Program-made: the position numbers and the translations under genes | From: Xanthomonas campestris pv. campestris str. ATCC 33913 | GTDB lineage: Bacteria; Pseudomonadota; Gammaproteobacteria; Xanthomonadales; Xanthomonadaceae | Length of the DNA stretch: 32,000 nucleotides | NCBI RefSeq assembly: GCF_000007145.1 | Contig: NC_003902.1 | Span: 937,436 to 969,435 of the forward strand | Direction of reading: 5' to 3' | Shown: piece after piece, positions 1 to 8,478 of the stretch | How the letters are laid out: the number at the start of each line of letters is the position of its first letter | Numbering within the stretch: position 1 is the stretch's first letter | The notes under the pieces: generated by a model | The model's database searches: none | What the model was told of the DNA's origin: nothing | What the model saw: the letters and a program-made list of their open reading frames with translations, nothing else

Positions 1-508
1 GCGGCTTGGCCACGAACGCGCGCGCCAGTGCCACGCGTTGCTGCTCGCCGCCGGAGAGCTGGCGTGGGTAATGCCGCGCACGCGCGCTCAGGCCAACCGC
101 CTGCAGCACCTCGCGCACCCGCGCCGGATCTTCGCGCCCGGCCAGTTCCAGCGGCAGCGCGATGTTTTCTTCGGCCGTCAGCGCTGGCAGCAGGTGGAAG
201 CTCTGGAACACGAAGCCCACCTCGCGGGCGCGCAGGGCCGCGCGTGCTTCCTCATCGAGCTGGCCCAGGTCCTGCCCGGCCAGCGCGATGCTGCCGCGGC
301 TGGGCAGGTCCAGCCCGGCGAGCAGGCCGAGCAGGGTGGTCTTGCCTGACCCCGAGGCGCCGACGATGGCGATACTGTCGCCTTCACTGACCGTCAAGCT
401 GATGTTGTCGAGGATGTGGAGTGTTCCCTCCGGTCCGCTGACGGACTTGCCGACCTCGCGGACGTCGATGGCGGTGCGGGTGCTGGAGTGGGGGGCCAGA
501 CTGTCGAT
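1..508 (-). CDS. ABC transporter ATP-binding protein, YbbA/LolD-like (N-terminal part only; the 3' end runs off the left edge)
   Basis: Hand translation of the minus strand gives IDVREVGKSVSGPEGTLHILDNISLTVSEGDSIAIVGASGSGKTTLLGLLAGLD, with the Walker A motif at 361-335. The same frame gives LSGGEQQRVALARAFVAKP (ABC signature) at 58-2. The ORF is absent from the ORF track because its stop lies outside the window. There is no in-frame ATG, GTG or TTG between 499 and 604. The start at ATC 508 (GGAGA 6 nt upstream) is provisional; CTG 499 and ATT 523 are alternatives. Confidence 0.85.
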   Translation of the reverse strand, partial: MDSLAPHSSTRTAIDVREVGKSVSGPEGTLHILDNISLTVSEGDSIAIVGASGSGKTTLLGLLAGLDLPSRGSIALAGQDLGQLDEEARAALRAREVGFVFQSFHLLPALTAEENIALPLELAGREDPARVREVLQAVGLSARARHYPRQLSGGEQQRVALARAFVAKP

Positions 509-521
509 GAGGAATCTCCGA

Positions 522-1175
522 ATGCGTGAAAGAACACTGCGGTACAGCGTGATGAGCCTGTGGCTGCTGACACTCTCCCTGCTTGCGCCGGGGATTGCCT
601 CTGCCAAAAGTCCGGCCACTGCCGCGCCGATCCTGGTAGTGGGCGACAGCCTGAGCGCCGCGCACAACATCCCGGTGCAGTCCGGCTGGGTCACCCTGCT
701 GGACCAGCGCCTGAAGCGTGACATGGCGACGCCACCGCCGGTCGTCAATGCCAGCATCAGCGGCGAAACCACCTCCGGCGCCTTGACCCGGCTGCCTGGG
801 CTGCTGCAAAAGCACCGCCCCGGCGTGGTCGTCATCGAGCTGGGTGGCAACGATGCCTTGCGTGGCCTCACGCCGGCCCAGCTCAAGGGCAACCTGGAGA
901 AGATGATCCAGTTCAGCCGTCAGGCGGGCGCGAAGGTCTTGCTGCTGGGCATCGATGTGCCGCCCAACTATGGCCCGGCCTATCGCGAGCGGCTGAAGGC
1001 GACCTATGCCGACCTCTCCAAGCAATACCAGACCGCGCTGGTGCCGTTCTTTCTCGAGAAGGTCGCCCTGCAGCCGGGCCTGATGCAGGCCGACGGCCTG
1101 CACCCCACCGCCGCCGCACAGCCCAAGGTGCTGGAAACGGTCTGGCCAGCACTGCAGCCGCTGCTCAAACCCTGA
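522..1175 (+). CDS. tesA: Secreted GDSL/SGNH arylesterase, lysophospholipase L1 / acyl-CoA thioesterase I (TesA-like)
   Basis: The signal peptide is MRERTLRYSVMSLWLLTLSLLAPGIASA. SGNH blocks are present: VVGDSLS (block I), SGETT, ELGGNDALRG (block III) and DGLHP (block V). GAGGAA at 509-514 lies 7 nt upstream of ATG 522; ATG 507 and 552 are alternatives. The gene is divergent from the ybbA-like ABC gene, as in E. coli. Confidence 0.9.
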   Translation: MRERTLRYSVMSLWLLTLSLLAPGIASAKSPATAAPILVVGDSLSAAHNIPVQSGWVTLLDQRLKRDMATPPPVVNASISGETTSGALTRLPGLLQKHRPGVVVIELGGNDALRGLTPAQLKGNLEKMIQFSRQAGAKVLLLGIDVPPNYGPAYRERLKATYADLSKQYQTALVPFFLEKVALQPGLMQADGLHPTAAAQPKVLETVWPALQPLLKP

Positions 1176-1274
1176 GTAAGCGGCCTCGAGCGACCCGAAT
1201 CCGACGCGAAGTCTTCACGCCATTTCCACCGCCAATCCGGCATGTTTCACAAAGCTGAAGACCGAGGAAAGTCC

Positions 1275-1988
1275 ATGCGTCAGACCAAGGAAACGTCCGG
1301 CCTCGTGCTGGTCGTCGAAGACAATCGCAATATCTCAGAAATGATCGGCGAGTACCTGGAAGGCCGCGGCTTCGAGGTCGACTATGCCGTGGACGGACTG
1401 GACGGCTACCGTCTGGCCGCCGAAAACAGCTATGACGTGGTGGTGCTGGACCTCATGCTGCCGCGGCTGGACGGTATCGAAGTCTGCCGCCGCCTGCGTA
1501 ACGACGCACGCAAGTCGACCCCGGTGCTGATGCTGACCGCACGCGACACGTTGGACGACAAGCTCACCGGTCTGGGCTTCGGCGCCGACGACTACCTGAC
1601 CAAGCCGTTCGCGATCCAGGAACTGGAAGCACGCCTGCGTGCCCTGATCCGTCGTGAGCGCCGCCAGGTGGGTTCGGAAGTGCTCAAGGTCGCCGACCTG
1701 GTGCTGGATCCGGTGAGCATGCGCGCCACCCGCGCCGGCACCGAGCTGCAGCTGTCGCCGATCGGTCTGCGCCTGCGGACCATCCTGATGCGCGAATCGC
1801 CGCGTGTGGTGACGCGTCAGGAAATCGAACGCGAGATCTGGGGCAACGGCCTGCCGGACTCGGACACCTTGCGCAGCCATCTGTACAACCTGCGCAAGAT
1901 CATCGACAAGCCGTTCGACCGCCCGCTGCTGCACACCGTGCAGAGCGCCGGCTATCGCATTGCCGACATCGCACAGCCGATGGCCTGA
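1275..1988 (+). CDS. OmpR-family winged-helix response regulator (ColR-like)
   Basis: The receiver domain shows LVVEDN...VVVLDLMLPRLDG...LMLTAR...ADDYLTKPF. The C-terminal trans_reg_C domain shows LSPIGLRLRTILM...LRSHLYNLRKIIDKPFDRPLLHTVQSAGYRI. AGGAAAG precedes ATG 1275. The ColR-like label comes from remembered similarity and is not verified. Confidence 0.93.
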   Translation: MRQTKETSGLVLVVEDNRNISEMIGEYLEGRGFEVDYAVDGLDGYRLAAENSYDVVVLDLMLPRLDGIEVCRRLRNDARKSTPVLMLTARDTLDDKLTGLGFGADDYLTKPFAIQELEARLRALIRRERRQVGSEVLKVADLVLDPVSMRATRAGTELQLSPIGLRLRTILMRESPRVVTRQEIEREIWGNGLPDSDTLRSHLYNLRKIIDKPFDRPLLHTVQSAGYRIADIAQPMA

Positions 1989-2129
1989 TGTCGCTGGCCG
2001 GCTGCCGCCTGGCAGCCGGCTGTTCCTCAAGGCGCCCACGCGCCGCTCGTCACCGCGTGCTGCCGGTTGGTTGCACGACGGGCTCACGGAAGTGTTGCCT
2101 ATACTTCGGCGATCTTCCTGGATGCCGCA

Positions 2130-3401
2130 ATGCCGCACGGGCTCCCGCGAAAAATCCGCATCGCATTTTTGTTGCAGGTCGTCCTGGCGAGCCTGGCGAT
2201 CATGCTGGGCGGCTATCTGATCTCGCTGGTCATCAAATACAGCCTGGTGCGTACCGTGCTGGCCGACGAGGCCGTGCATTTCTGGCGCATGTACCGCAGC
2301 GCGCCCGATCATCGCCCACCCGATACACGCAACATCCGCGGCTATTTCGATCCTGCCGGCCCTGCGAGTGATGACGTGCCGCAGTCGCTGCGTCTGCTGT
2401 CGCCGGGCTTCCGTGAAGTGGCCGCCGCCGATGCGCTTGTGTACGTCGACCAGCGCCCGGAAGGACGGCTGTACCTGGTGTTTCCACGCTCGCGTGCGGC
2501 GCATCTGACGCTGTGGTTCGGCGTGGTGCCGGCGATCCTGGTGCTGCTGGCGATCTATGGCGTGTCGTGGTTTACCTACCGTCTTTCCAAACAGCTGGTG
2601 TCGCCGGTGACCTGGCTGGCGCGCCGCGTGGCGCAGTGGGATCCGCGCCAACCCGATGTGGACGAGCTCTCGCCCGAACGGTTGCCGGTGGAAATGCAGG
2701 GCGAGACCCGGCAGCTCGCCGCTGCCTTGCACGAGCTGGGCCGCCGCGTCAGCGACCACGTCGCGCGCGAACGCAACTTCACCCGCGATGCCAGCCATGA
2801 ATTGCGCACGCCGCTGACGGTGATCCGGGTCGCCAGCGACATGGCCCTGGCCGATGAAGAACTGGCACCGCGCACGCAACGTAGCCTGCGCCGCATCCAG
2901 CGCGCCGGACGCGACATGGAAGCGGTGATCGATGCCTTCCTGATCCTGGCGCGCGAAGCCGAGATCGACCCGCAGAGCGAAAGTTTCGATGCGGCCGAAC
3001 TGGCCAGCGAGGAAGTGGACAATGCGCGCGAACTGCTGGGCGACAAGCCGGTCTCGCTGCACATGGTGGGCGACCGCAGCCTGCAGATGTTTGCGCCGCC
3101 ACGGGTGATGCGGGTGGTGCTCAGCAACCTGCTGCGCAATGCCTGTGCCTACACCGATACCGGCAGCATCGAAGTGGAAGTCACCCAGGACCGCATCGTG
3201 GTGCGCGATACCGGCATCGGCATGAGCGAGGAGGCGCGGGCGCGTGCATTCGATCCGTTCTTCCGCGCCGACCCGACCCGGCCGCAAGGCACCGGACTGG
3301 GGCTATCGATCGTGCGCCGGCTGTGCGACCGCTTCGGCTGGCGCATCGAGTTGCATAGCGAGGCGGGTGTCGGTACTTCTGTTGCAGTCGTGGTGGCGTA
3401 G
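2130..3401 (+). CDS. Two-TM sensor histidine kinase (ColS-like partner of the upstream regulator)
   Basis: There are two hydrophobic segments, IAFLLQVVLASLAIMLGGYLISLVI and LTLWFGVVPAILVLLAIYGVSWF. Kinase motifs are the H-box SHELRTPLTVI, the N-box LLRNACAYT, and G-boxes DTGIGM and GTGLGLSIV. The start is ATG 2130; TTG 2067 is an alternative. Confidence 0.92.
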   Translation: MPHGLPRKIRIAFLLQVVLASLAIMLGGYLISLVIKYSLVRTVLADEAVHFWRMYRSAPDHRPPDTRNIRGYFDPAGPASDDVPQSLRLLSPGFREVAAADALVYVDQRPEGRLYLVFPRSRAAHLTLWFGVVPAILVLLAIYGVSWFTYRLSKQLVSPVTWLARRVAQWDPRQPDVDELSPERLPVEMQGETRQLAAALHELGRRVSDHVARERNFTRDASHELRTPLTVIRVASDMALADEELAPRTQRSLRRIQRAGRDMEAVIDAFLILAREAEIDPQSESFDAAELASEEVDNARELLGDKPVSLHMVGDRSLQMFAPPRVMRVVLSNLLRNACAYTDTGSIEVEVTQDRIVVRDTGIGMSEEARARAFDPFFRADPTRPQGTGLGLSIVRRLCDRFGWRIELHSEAGVGTSVAVVVA

Positions 3402-3741
3402 GTGGGTCTGACGCTGGTCCGCAGGAAATAGCGGCAAATCTGCTTATCGCTACCGTGTATGCGTCGCTGCAGTGGTTTAGCGAACGCGCTATGGCTACAG
3501 AAGAAAGCGAGATGCCCGGGGCACGCATCCTCGCTGTGTCAGTGCCTCAGCCTGAGGAAGGTGCTGGCCTGCGTTGACCGGTGAGCATCTCGACAGTGCG
3601 AAGCACGAAGTAAATGCAGCGCGTTTGAGCAAGCAGCGGTTGCCGTGCTTGCTCAGGATTGCTGTGCGTGGCTCAGGCGTACCTAGTTAACAGTGCATGC
3701 TCTCAACGCCAAATTGCGGACCGGACCAGCGAGTCGTTCCA

Positions 3742-3766
3742 GCAACGCCCGTCGCAAGGGGCGTTG
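3742..3766 (-). terminator. Hairpin 15 nt downstream of the SGNH hydrolase stop (terminator-like, no U-tract)
   Basis: GCAACGCCC (3742-3750) pairs with GGGCGTTGC (3758-3766) to give a 9-bp perfect stem with a 7-nt loop. No T-run follows on either strand, so intrinsic-terminator status is uncertain. Confidence 0.4.
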
Positions 3767-3780
3767 CCTGAGGACCAGCG

Positions 3781-4482
3781 TTACTTGCGATCCAGCACCG
3801 GCGCCACCGCTTTGCGCCAGAGTGCGTACCCTTCCGGCTTCATGTGCAGCATGTCCTCGCGGAACAGCTCCGGGCGCGGCTTGCCGGTGGCATCCAGCAT
3901 CGGCGTATAGATGTCGATGTAGTCGGTCCGCGGCACGTTGGCCAATGCCTGCTTGATCAGCTGGTTGGCGCGCACAATCGCCGGCAGCAGCTGTGCACGC
4001 GACGGGCTGGGTTTGATCGACAGGTAGCCAATGCGTGCCTCGGGAAGTGCGGCGCGGATGCGTGTGACGAAAGCCACCACATCGTCGCGCACCTGCTCCG
4101 GGCTGCGCCCGCTGTTGAGGTCGTTGTCGCCGGCATACAACACCACCTGGCGCGGCGCGTAGGGAATCACGATGCGGTCGGCGTAACAGGTGCTGTCGCG
4201 CACTTCCGATCCGCCAAAGCCACGGTTGATCACCGGCTTGCCGGGGAAATCCTGCGCCAGTGTTTCCCAGAAACGGATCGACGAACTGCCGACGAACACG
4301 ATGCCGTGTTGGGGCGGCGGTTGCTGCGCATCGCTGGCCGCGAAGCGCTGCATGTCCTGCTCCCATGCCGCATTGGAGACCTGTGCCGGCACCTGGGGCG
4401 TGGCAGGCGGCGCGGCGGCCTGCAGGGGGCTGGACGCAATGGCGAGTGCGCACAACAGCGCGCGCAAGGGCAGTTGTTTCAT
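3781..4482 (-). CDS. Secreted SGNH/GDSL-family hydrolase (esterase, O-acetylesterase-like)
   Basis: The signal peptide is MKQLPLRALLCALAIASSPLQAAA. Motifs are FVGSSSI (catalytic Ser block), NRGFGGS and YAGDNDL (GxND block), followed by HMKPEGY near the C-terminus. Confidence 0.88.
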   Translation of the reverse strand: MKQLPLRALLCALAIASSPLQAAAPPATPQVPAQVSNAAWEQDMQRFAASDAQQPPPQHGIVFVGSSSIRFWETLAQDFPGKPVINRGFGGSEVRDSTCYADRIVIPYAPRQVVLYAGDNDLNSGRSPEQVRDDVVAFVTRIRAALPEARIGYLSIKPSPSRAQLLPAIVRANQLIKQALANVPRTDYIDIYTPMLDATGKPRPELFREDMLHMKPEGYALWRKAVAPVLDRK

Positions 4483-4666
4483 CGGGCAGACCTGTCAACG
4501 TGGAGCGGACTGCGCATGGTGCGGCAGCGCGGCTGCAGCGGCAAATCCGGGCGCGACTGGCGGCCGGAACCGTCGCGGTGGCAAGATTCCCACTTTCCGC
4601 TGCTACGGCCTCCCCATGTCCCTGATCCAATCCTTGTCCTGCACCAGCGTTCGGATGCGCTGACGG

Positions 4667-5047
4667 ATGGCCGATCAACTGGGGCACGTGCCGCGCGGCC
4701 CGCGCCGGATGCTCAAGGCGGCGGTCTGGTCGTGGCAGGGTCTGCGTGCGGCGTGGCTGCATGAATCCTCGTTCCGCCTGGAAGTCTGCCTGGCGGCGCT
4801 GCTGACGCCGCTGGCGCTATGGCTGGGGAATTCGGGGCTGGAACGCATCGCGCTGATTGCACCGTTGCTGATCGTGCTGGCCGCGGAGTTGCTGAACTCG
4901 GCCATCGAGGCAGTGATCGAGCGGTATGGCCCGGAACACCACGTGCTGGCCGGGCGCGCCAAGGACATGGGCTCGGCCGCCGTGTTCGTGCTGCTGATCA
5001 ACGTTTTGCTGTGCTGGGGCCTAGTCCTACTACCGCGGCTGTTCTGA
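4667..5047 (+). CDS. dgkA: Diacylglycerol kinase
   Basis: LKAAVWSWQGLRAAWLHESSFRLE, ELLNSAIEAVIERYGPEHHVLAGRAKDMGSAAV and three TM segments align collinearly with E. coli DgkA as I remember it. Confidence 0.93.
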   Translation: MADQLGHVPRGPRRMLKAAVWSWQGLRAAWLHESSFRLEVCLAALLTPLALWLGNSGLERIALIAPLLIVLAAELLNSAIEAVIERYGPEHHVLAGRAKDMGSAAVFVLLINVLLCWGLVLLPRLF

Positions 5048-5163
5048 GCGCGGCAGCGCGGTGGTGGCTGTCAAGCGGCTCGCCGCACCGCATGCCGGGA
5101 TGTGCATGCCGGCTTGACTGGCGCCGTGGCATGCTCGCGGTCCCTTGTCATGGAATCGCCTGC

Positions 5164-5784
5164 ATGCCCGTCCTGATTCGCGCCCTGGTGCTGCTGGTCC
5201 TCACCGCCTCGCTGTCCGGCTGCGGCTACAACGCGATCCAGCAGAAGGAAGAAGGCGTCAAAGCGGGGTGGTCGGAGGTGCTCAACCAGTACCAGCGCCG
5301 CGCCGATCTGATTCCCAACCTGGTGCGTACCGTGCAGGGCTATGCCCAGCAGGAGCGCCAGGTGCTGACCGAAGTGACCAACGCGCGTGCCCGGGTGGGC
5401 CAGATCCAGGTCAATGCCGATGACGAAGCCTCGCTCAAGCGGTTCCAGCAGGCGCAGGGCGAACTGGGCAGTGCGCTGTCGCGCTTGCTGGTGGTCAGCG
5501 AAAACTACCCGCAGCTCAAGTCCGACCAATCGTTCCGTGATCTGCAGGTGCAGCTGGAAGGCACCGAAAACCGCATCACCGTGGCGCGCGGCCGCTACAT
5601 CCAGACCGTGCAGGACTACAACACCTACATCCGCTCGTTCCCGCAGGTGATCACCGCCAAGATCTTCGGTTACCAGCCCAAGCCGAATTTCAGCGTGGAA
5701 AACGAGGCGCAGATTTCGCGCGCGCCGGAGGTGAATTTCGGCACGCAGCCGGCACCGCAGCAGCAACCGCAGCCTGCGCAGTAA
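5164..5784 (+). CDS. LemA-family lipoprotein
   Basis: A lipobox LSGC follows MPVLIRALVLLVLTAS. LemA signatures are NAIQQKEEGVKAGWSEVLNQYQRRADLIPNLV, SENYPQLKSDQSFRDLQVQLEGTENRI and YNTYIRSFP. The C-terminal tail is rich in Gln and Pro. Confidence 0.92.
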   Translation: MPVLIRALVLLVLTASLSGCGYNAIQQKEEGVKAGWSEVLNQYQRRADLIPNLVRTVQGYAQQERQVLTEVTNARARVGQIQVNADDEASLKRFQQAQGELGSALSRLLVVSENYPQLKSDQSFRDLQVQLEGTENRITVARGRYIQTVQDYNTYIRSFPQVITAKIFGYQPKPNFSVENEAQISRAPEVNFGTQPAPQQQPQPAQ

Positions 5785-6136
5785 TGCGGCGCAGTGGTGG
5801 GCAGCGAGTAGATGGCTGGCCGTCGATGAGGCGGCCGGCCGTTGGCGGCGGCGCGCACGTCGCTGTGATGGAGGCCAGGCATTGCGTCAGAGGTGTGTGC
5901 GGTGACGCCAATGCCCCGCGCGCTGCTACGCGACTTCGCAGTGGTTGCATCGACGAACGCTCTGGGTCAAACACTGTTACCAGGTCAGCCGCCACGCAGG
6001 GCTCGCCGTTTCTGTCTCGTTATTGCCTGCGGTGGCATGCGGCCATGTTCGACAGCGCGGCGCCAGGCCCCACGCGCCATGTGCCTGAAAACGTGGCAGT
6101 TATGTCGATGGGCAATGCCGCCCTTTGGAGTCTGTA

Positions 6137-7042
6137 ATGCCCCAGCGTCGATATGCCCTGTGGATGCTGTGGCTGTTCTGCGCACTGCTGCCGGCCACGG
6201 TGGTCGCGCAGGATCTGGCCGCCATCCCGCCGTTGCGCTCGCCGGTGGTGGATACCACCGGCACGCTGGATGCCACCCAACTCCAGCAGCTGGAACAACA
6301 GGCGCTGGCCCTGCAGCAACGCAAGGGCGCGCAGTTGCAGATCCTGATCGTACCGACCACCCAGCCGGAGGCGATCGAGCAATACACCCAGCGCGTGTTC
6401 GACCAATGGAAGATTGGCCGCAAGGGCGTGGACGATGGCGTGCTGCTGCTGGTGGCCAAGGACGACCGCCGGGTGAGGATTCAACCGGGCTATGGCCTGG
6501 AAGGGGCGATTCCCGACATCGTGGCCAACCGCATCATCCAGGAGTACCTGGCGCCGCGGTTCCGCGAGGGCGATTACGGCGGCGGCATCCGTGACGCCAC
6601 CGCCACGCTGGCCGGGCTGATCGAAGGCGAGGCCTTGCCCGCGCCGGTGAGCGGGCATGCGTCGGATCTGAGCGATAGCGACAGCGGTAGTTGGGTCATG
6701 GCGCTGTTCATCGGCGTGTTCGTCGCGCTGATCGCGCGGGTGTTCCTGCGGGCATTGCCGCGGCCGGTGCGCGGAGTGCTAAGCGGTGCAGCGGCCGGCG
6801 CGGCCGCGTTGCTGCTGACCTCACTGGTGTTTGCCAGCATCGGCGCGGCGGTTGCCGGATTGGTCGTTGGCCTGGCGTCCGGTTCCGGCGGCCGCTCCAT
6901 CGGTGGTGGCGGTTGGGGCGGCGGATTTGGTGGTTTCGGTGGCGGCGGGCGCGGCGGTGGCTTTGGCGGCGGCGGGTTCGGTGGCGGCTGGGGCGGGGGT
7001 GGTGGGTCGTCGGGAGGCGGTGGCGCCTCGGGGAGCTGGTGA
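6137..7042 (+). CDS. TPM-domain (TLP18.3/Psb32/MOLO-1, YgcG-like) membrane protein with a glycine-rich C-terminal tail
   Basis: A signal peptide is followed by VVDTTGTLDATQLQQLEQQ...QLQILIVPT...GVLLLVAKDDRRVRIQPGYGLEGAIPD (TPM fold). Two TM segments follow, then a tail GGGGWGGGFGGFGGGGRGGGFGGGGFGGGWGGGGGSSGGGG. GGAG lies 6 nt upstream of ATG 6137. Confidence 0.88.
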   Translation: MPQRRYALWMLWLFCALLPATVVAQDLAAIPPLRSPVVDTTGTLDATQLQQLEQQALALQQRKGAQLQILIVPTTQPEAIEQYTQRVFDQWKIGRKGVDDGVLLLVAKDDRRVRIQPGYGLEGAIPDIVANRIIQEYLAPRFREGDYGGGIRDATATLAGLIEGEALPAPVSGHASDLSDSDSGSWVMALFIGVFVALIARVFLRALPRPVRGVLSGAAAGAAALLLTSLVFASIGAAVAGLVVGLASGSGGRSIGGGGWGGGFGGFGGGGRGGGFGGGGFGGGWGGGGGSSGGGGASGSW

Positions 7043-7533
7043 TGCGCTGGATCAGACACATGTTTGCGCCCTCGGCGCACCGCAGCTTTCCGCCGCGCAG
7101 CATGGACAGCATCGCCGCGGCGATCGCGGCCAGCGAGCAGTTGCACACCGGTCAGGTGATGGTGGCGGTGGAGGCGGATCTGTCGGCGGCGGCGCTCTGG
7201 CGCGGTCACGGCGCTCGCCAACGTGCCGAGCAGGCGTTCGCACAGCTGCGCACCTGGGATACCGAAGCCAACAACGGTGTGCTGATCTATCTGCTATTAG
7301 CGGACCATGCCATTGAAGTGGTGGCCGACCGTGGGCTGCGTGCGTTGGTGCCGGACGCGGCCTGGGCCGAGGTCTGCCGACGCATGCAGCAGTTCCTGCG
7401 CGATGGTCAGCACGAGGCCGCCGTGCTGGCCGGGGTGGAGGCGGTGACCGAACTGCTGTGCGCGCATTTTCCGGCCGCTGCCCAGGCCCAGCATGAAGAC
7501 GAGCTGCCCAATCGGCCGCACATCCTCGGCTGA
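7042..7533 (+). CDS. TPM-domain protein (second member of the LemA/TPM/TPM module)
   Basis: The stop of the upstream gene and this start overlap in the sequence TGATG: TGA 7040-7042, ATG 7042-7044. The motifs HTGQVMVAVEADLS and NNGVLIYLLLADHAIEVVADRG are typical of short cytoplasmic TPM proteins. Confidence 0.82.
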   Translation: MRWIRHMFAPSAHRSFPPRSMDSIAAAIAASEQLHTGQVMVAVEADLSAAALWRGHGARQRAEQAFAQLRTWDTEANNGVLIYLLLADHAIEVVADRGLRALVPDAAWAEVCRRMQQFLRDGQHEAAVLAGVEAVTELLCAHFPAAAQAQHEDELPNRPHILG

Positions 7534-7570
7534 GGACGCCGTAGATGTCAGAATAGCGGCCTCGCTTTTT
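7532..7570 (+). terminator. Candidate intrinsic terminator after the TPM genes
   Basis: GAGGACGC (7532-7539) pairs with GCGGCCTC (7556-7563), giving 7 of 8 pairs and a 16-nt loop. GC then TTTTT follows (7566-7570). It lies only 18 nt before the lgt ATG. Confidence 0.4.
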
Positions 7571-7587
7571 CGTGATCCGCGGTCCGC

Positions 7588-8478
7588 ATGATCTATCTGC
7601 ACGCCATCGACCCCATCGCCTTCTCGCTTGGCCCGGTGCAGGTGCACTGGTACGGGTTGATGTACTTGGCCGCGTTCTTTTCCGCCTGGGCCCTGGGCCG
7701 CTCGCGCATCCTGCGCGGTCGCCTGCCCGGCGTGGACATGGACGGATTTTCCGACCTGTTGTTCTACGGCATGCTCGGCGTGGTGCTCGGCGGGCGCATC
7801 GGCTACATGTTGTTCTATGCCTTCGACACCTTCCTGGCCAACCCGCTGATCCTGTTCAAGGTGTGGGAAGGCGGCATGAGCTTCCACGGCGGGCTGCTGG
7901 GCGTGTTGATCGCCTGCGGCCTGTGGACGCGCCGGCACCGCCTGCATTTCTTCGATGTCATGGATTTTGTCGCGCCCCTGGTGCCGTTGGGCCTGGGCTT
8001 CGGGAGGCTGGGCAATTTTGTCGGCGGCGAGTTGTGGGGCAAGTTCACCCAGGCCGGCTGGGGCGTGATCTTCCCGCATGCGCCGGAGCTGGCTGACTGG
8101 CCGCCCGCGCAACTCCAGGCCCAGTACGCGGCCGGCGCGCTGGACCGCTTCGCCCGGCATCCGTCGCAGCTGTATGAAGCCGCGCTCGAAGGCGTGGTGA
8201 TGTTCGTGGTGTTGTGGACCTTCTCGATGAAGCCGCGCGCCCGCTATGCGGTGTCGGGACTGTTCGCGCTGCTGTATGGCGTGTTCCGCTTCATCGTGGA
8301 GTTCGTCCGCGTCCCGGATGCACCGCTGGGCTACCTGGCCTTCAACTGGCTGACGATGGGGCAGATCCTGAGCCTGCCGTTGATCGGCGTGGGCCTGGTG
8401 CTGCTGGCGCTGTCGCGCCGCGCGCCGGTCCTGCAGCCGGTGGTGCCGGCTGCAGCAGGTGTGGAGGCGGCCAAGTGA
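7588..8478 (+). CDS. lgt: Prolipoprotein diacylglyceryl transferase
   Basis: [53 protein letters not shown] and [12 protein letters not shown] form the canonical Lgt motif series. Confidence 0.96.
   Translation: MIYLHAIDPIAFSLGPVQVHWYGLMYLAAFFSAWALGRSRILRGRLPGVDMDGFSDLLFYGMLGVVLGGRIGYMLFYAFDTFLANPLILFKVWEGGMSFHGGLLGVLIACGLWTRRHRLHFFDVMDFVAPLVPLGLGFGRLGNFVGGELWGKFTQAGWGVIFPHAPELADWPPAQLQAQYAAGALDRFARHPSQLYEAALEGVVMFVVLWTFSMKPRARYAVSGLFALLYGVFRFIVEFVRVPDAPLGYLAFNWLTMGQILSLPLIGVGLVLLALSRRAPVLQPVVPAAAGVEAAK

Noticed and set aside
1335-3287. A 650-aa minus-strand ORF spanning the response regulator and histidine kinase genes
   Set aside because: It is antisense to two genes with unmistakable domain motifs. 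Its translation is an Arg/Ala/Gly/His-rich low-complexity product with no recognisable motif. Long stop-free antisense frames are expected at about 65% GC.
3683-4762. A 359-aa minus-strand ORF and a 306-aa plus-strand ORF (3844..4764) overlapping the SGNH hydrolase gene
   Set aside because: They occupy alternative frames of a gene that has a clear signal peptide and SGNH catalytic blocks in the 3781..4482 frame. Neither has motifs.
5784-6137. A 117-aa ORF, and the overlapping ORF 5893..6594, in the lemA-TPM spacer
   Set aside because: It has weak third-position GC bias compared with neighbouring genes, no SD sequence and no motif. The second ORF runs out of frame into the TPM gene. The region is treated as non-coding.
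6574-7221. A 215-aa minus-strand proline-rich ORF (PPPPQPPPNPPPPKPPP...)
   Set aside because: It is simply the reverse complement of the GGN-rich codons that encode the glycine tail of the TPM protein.
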